From: an uncultured Pseudomonadota bacterium
GTDB lineage: Bacteria; Myxococcota_A; Polyangia; Fen-1088
DNA length: 64,000 nt
Assembly: GCA_963847705.1 (NCBI GenBank)
Contig: CAWKBC010000027.1
Span: forward strand, 256,001 to 320,000
Direction of reading: 5' to 3'
Shown here piece after piece: positions 61,391 to 64,000 of this stretch. The position numbers and the translations under genes are program-made. The notes below the pieces were generated by a model. The model did no database searches. It was not told the origin of the DNA and saw only the letters and a list, made by a program, of their open reading frames with translations. Within the stretch, counting starts at the first letter, position 1, and every line of letters begins with the position of its first letter.

Positions 61391-61732
61391 GTGGCTCTTT
61401 CGGCGGCGCGCGCGCGCAAGCTGCTCCTTCGCTTCGACAACGTCAGCGAGGCTCCGCACTTCGATCGGGTGGCGTTCAGAACGCCTCGGCGGATCTTCGC
61501 GACGCTGGCGGGCGATGGCCGCGATGTGAACTTCATGTTCGACCCGCTCGCGCAGGAGACCTTCTGCGAAATGGCGCCCGCCGCCCTGGCGCCGGTTCCT
61601 GGCGGCTGGGGCCGGATGGGCGCGACCCGTTGCGACTTGAAGAAGGTCGACGAGCCGCTCTTCGTCGCGGCCTCGGAGGCCGCCCACGCCCGGGCGAGCC
61701 AGCCCCGGAAGAGCGCGGGCGCGAAGCGTTGA
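61391..61732 (+). CDS. MmcQ/YjbR family protein
   Basis: EAPHFDRVAFR...IFATL, PVPGGWGRMGAT. Confidence 0.8.
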   Translation: MALSAARARKLLLRFDNVSEAPHFDRVAFRTPRRIFATLAGDGRDVNFMFDPLAQETFCEMAPAALAPVPGGWGRMGATRCDLKKVDEPLFVAASEAAHARASQPRKSAGAKR

Positions 61733-61954
61733 CAGCACAGGCGGTGTGCGCGATTCACCGGCTACTTGGGTGTGCGCCGCCGCGATAAACACGTTCATCA
61801 GATAGCCGAGCTCCTGGTTGCGCTCGCAGAAGAGCGCGGGATCGCTCTGTCGCGGCTCGGTCATCGCCTGCTCGAAGAGCGGCGCCACCGGCAGGCCTTC
61901 ATCGCCGAGTGGACCTTTCCGCAGTCCATCACGCGCACGCGTCGGCCGACGCGA

Positions 61955-62347
61955 TCACCACTTCTTCAGTTGCGTCACCTGCACCAGGTTGCCGCACCCG
62001 TCGCGCAGGATCGCGATGGTCGCGTACCCCACGTCCTTCGGCGGCTCGGTGAACTCCGCGCCGCGCGCTTTCATGCGGTCGTAGTCGGCCGCGAGGTTGT
62101 CGGTGAAGAACATGGTCGCGGTCTGGTTCTGCTGGAACTTCGCCTGCTGGTAGGCCTTGTCGGCGGGGTTGTTGTTGAGCGCCAGCAGCAGCTCGGTGCC
62201 TTCCGGTTCCTCGGGCGAGGCCACCGTGAGCCAGCGGAACGGTCCGTTGGTGTAGTCCGCCTTCTTCACGAAGCCGAGCACCTCCGTGTAAAAGCGCAGG
62301 GCCTTGTCCTGGTCGTCGACGTACACGCTGGTCAGTTTGATCTTCAT
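61955..62347 (-). CDS. VOC family protein
   Basis: SVYVDDQDKALRFYTEVLGF, RWLTV, DGCGNLVQ. Confidence 0.92.
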   Translation of the reverse strand: MKIKLTSVYVDDQDKALRFYTEVLGFVKKADYTNGPFRWLTVASPEEPEGTELLLALNNNPADKAYQQAKFQQNQTATMFFTDNLAADYDRMKARGAEFTEPPKDVGYATIAILRDGCGNLVQVTQLKKW

Positions 62348-62472
62348 GATGGCTCCCTCCGATCTCGATGACGAAACTTAACGCAAGAATGTGACCGCGC
62401 GCGGCACCCCCTCTGAAAAGCGAACGGCCGCCCTCAGCGAGCGGCCGTGAATTCATTTTCGACTGTAACGGA

Positions 62473-62916
62473 TCAGTGGAACGAGTGTTTCAGCGTGCTC
62501 ATCGAGTGATGCGTCCGTTCCTGCGCCGGCAGAACCTCGGACTCGATCACCGCGCGGGCCGTCGCATCGAGCTTCCCCATCTCGTCGCGATAGAGCTTGA
62601 GCCCGCGATCCTCCCCGGCCTCCAGCGCCGAGATGGCCGCCTTTTCGCCGAAGACCTTGGCGCTCCCCTCGACCAGGTTGGCAAACGCGCCCCAGGCGCC
62701 CGACCCCTCTTCCGGCGTCCCGCCCAGACGCATCACTTCCTGCCGAAGCCGCTCCACCCGCTGCTCGTGGGAGCGGCGGCATTGTTCCAGCTCCACGCGT
62801 GCCGGGCTGGTCTGGAGCTTGTCCAGCGCCTGCCGGTAGGTCTCCACGGCGGAGATCTCTCCCCGTAGAAATCCATTCAGCGTGGCGACGGTCGCATTCT
62901 GCGTTGTGTTTTGCAT
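62473..62916 (-). CDS. DUF2383 / PA2169-family ferritin-like protein
   Basis: LNGFLRGEISAVETYRQAL, SH, SGAWGAFA, LEAGEDRG, QERTH. Confidence 0.85.
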   Translation of the reverse strand: MQNTTQNATVATLNGFLRGEISAVETYRQALDKLQTSPARVELEQCRRSHEQRVERLRQEVMRLGGTPEEGSGAWGAFANLVEGSAKVFGEKAAISALEAGEDRGLKLYRDEMGKLDATARAVIESEVLPAQERTHHSMSTLKHSFH

Positions 62917-63217
62917 CCGTTGTCCTCCTTGTCGACGAAGGTAGGCATGCGTAGCGCATGGGCAACCACAGCCGTGGGCGATTGGAAACCGTCGGCGCGG
63001 GGCCAGAAACAACACCACCGTCGCGATCGCCGCGGGCGGCGCCCAGTCGGCGCGGGGCCGCTCCGGCCCGAGCGCCGGCGGGCAAAGTTGACTCCGTCCG
63101 CCGGAACTGGAACGATCGCCACTGCCGTTGGGAAGGGGGTCTCGCCGGCGCGAGGGACCCCTATGTCAAACGACGTCGATATCTCCGCGGTGGCGGCCAC
63201 CTGCAGGGCAGCGCCAG

Positions 63218-63553
63218 ATGCGTGAGTTCGCCGCGCGACCCGCGCGCGCTCCCATCGAGATGCGGGTCGACCTGAAGACCGGCGACGAGACGTTCGCGGC
63301 GACGACCAAGAACCTCGGCGTGGGCGGCGTGTTCGTGGCGACCGACCGACGGTTCAGCGTCGGCGACCAGGTCACCGTCGAGCTCTCGCTGCCCGGTCAC
63401 GTCCGGCCCATCCCGGTCGGCGCCGAGGTTCGGTGGATCCAGATGGCCGACGATCGACCGTTCGGGTTGGGCCTGCGGTTCCTGCGTCCGTCGCTGGGGC
63501 TCACCGTCGCGATTCACGGGCTGCTGCAGAACGCGACCGGCTCGCGGGGCTGA
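63218..63553 (+). CDS. PilZ domain protein
   Basis: RPAR, NLGVGGVF, EVRW, GLGLRF. Confidence 0.85.
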   Translation: MREFAARPARAPIEMRVDLKTGDETFAATTKNLGVGGVFVATDRRFSVGDQVTVELSLPGHVRPIPVGAEVRWIQMADDRPFGLGLRFLRPSLGLTVAIHGLLQNATGSRG

Positions 63554-63559
63554 CGATGC

Positions 63560-64000
63560 CTACGGCTTCCAGTCGCCGGCCACGGTGCCGGCGCCGATGT
63601 TCAGCCGGTTCCAGACGTTGATCTGGGAGATCGCCAGGATGAGCGCCGCCATCTTCGGCTCGTCGTAGTGGCGGGCGGCCTCCTTCCAGACCGCGTCGGG
63701 CACCGGGTCGCTGGTGTCGGCGAGGCGGGTGAGCGCCTCGGTCAGCTCCAGCGCCGCGCGTTCGGCGTCGGTGTAGTAGGGGGAGTGGCGCCAGCCCGGA
63801 AGCGAGATGACGCGTTCGAGATCCTCCCCGTTCCGTTTCATGATCCGGCAGTGGCCAAACAGGCAGACGCCGCAACCGTTGATCTGACTGGCGCGCGCCT
63901 CGACGAGGCTGAGCGTGGCGGCCGGGAGGCCGGCCTTCTCGATGGCGGCGCCCAGCGCCTGCAGCGCGGCCATGGCTTCGGGGATGACGAGCGCGGGGTT
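63560..64000 (-). CDS. Carboxymuconolactone decarboxylase / AhpD family protein (start beyond window)
   Basis: RASQINGCGVC (CxxC), ERAALELTEALT, INVWNRL. Confidence 0.88.
   Translation of the reverse strand, partial: NPALVIPEAMAALQALGAAIEKAGLPAATLSLVEARASQINGCGVCLFGHCRIMKRNGEDLERVISLPGWRHSPYYTDAERAALELTEALTRLADTSDPVPDAVWKEAARHYDEPKMAALILAISQINVWNRLNIGAGTVAGDWKP

Noticed and set aside
61760-61930. Small minus-strand gene (ERNQELGYLMNVF)
   Set aside because: Looks like a short remnant; no supportable start, stop or family

Overview
High-GC bacterial chromosome segment, most likely Myxococcota (inferred from the AgmX/PglI-like domain, TIGR03001-like ECF sigma, Ser/Thr kinase-TPR modules, PilZ and Cys-rich lipoproteins). 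1-16 kb is core genome: the recC N-terminus, a split B12-dependent methylmalonyl-CoA mutase system with MeaB, acyl-CoA dehydrogenase and CoA-transferase A/B, IHF, DUF62 and an RlmD-like methyltransferase, ending at tRNA-Gly(GCC). Directly after the tRNA is an accessory zone: an ISL3 remnant cut by an orfA-less IS3-family element, a truncated partner plus DUF6036-like nucleotidyltransferase pair, a decayed OMP gene and an ECF/zinc-finger-kinase/TPR/lipoprotein module. Two further copies of the tRNA 3' 12-mer punctuate this zone. The rest holds a gamma-glutamylation amine catabolism operon, a class I RNR under a cobalamin riboswitch and tandem NrdR boxes, LigD and YbhB remnants, a catalytically degenerate 5'-nucleotidase fused to a probable beta-barrel, a candidate NlpC/P60-CHAP effector-immunity pair, and a Rox-like flavin monooxygenase preceded by a palindrome resembling the actinobacterial rifamycin-associated element (RAE). 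Assorted regulator/redox genes follow. Several single-base frameshifts may be sequencing errors. All assignments come from motif recognition by eye; no database search was run.
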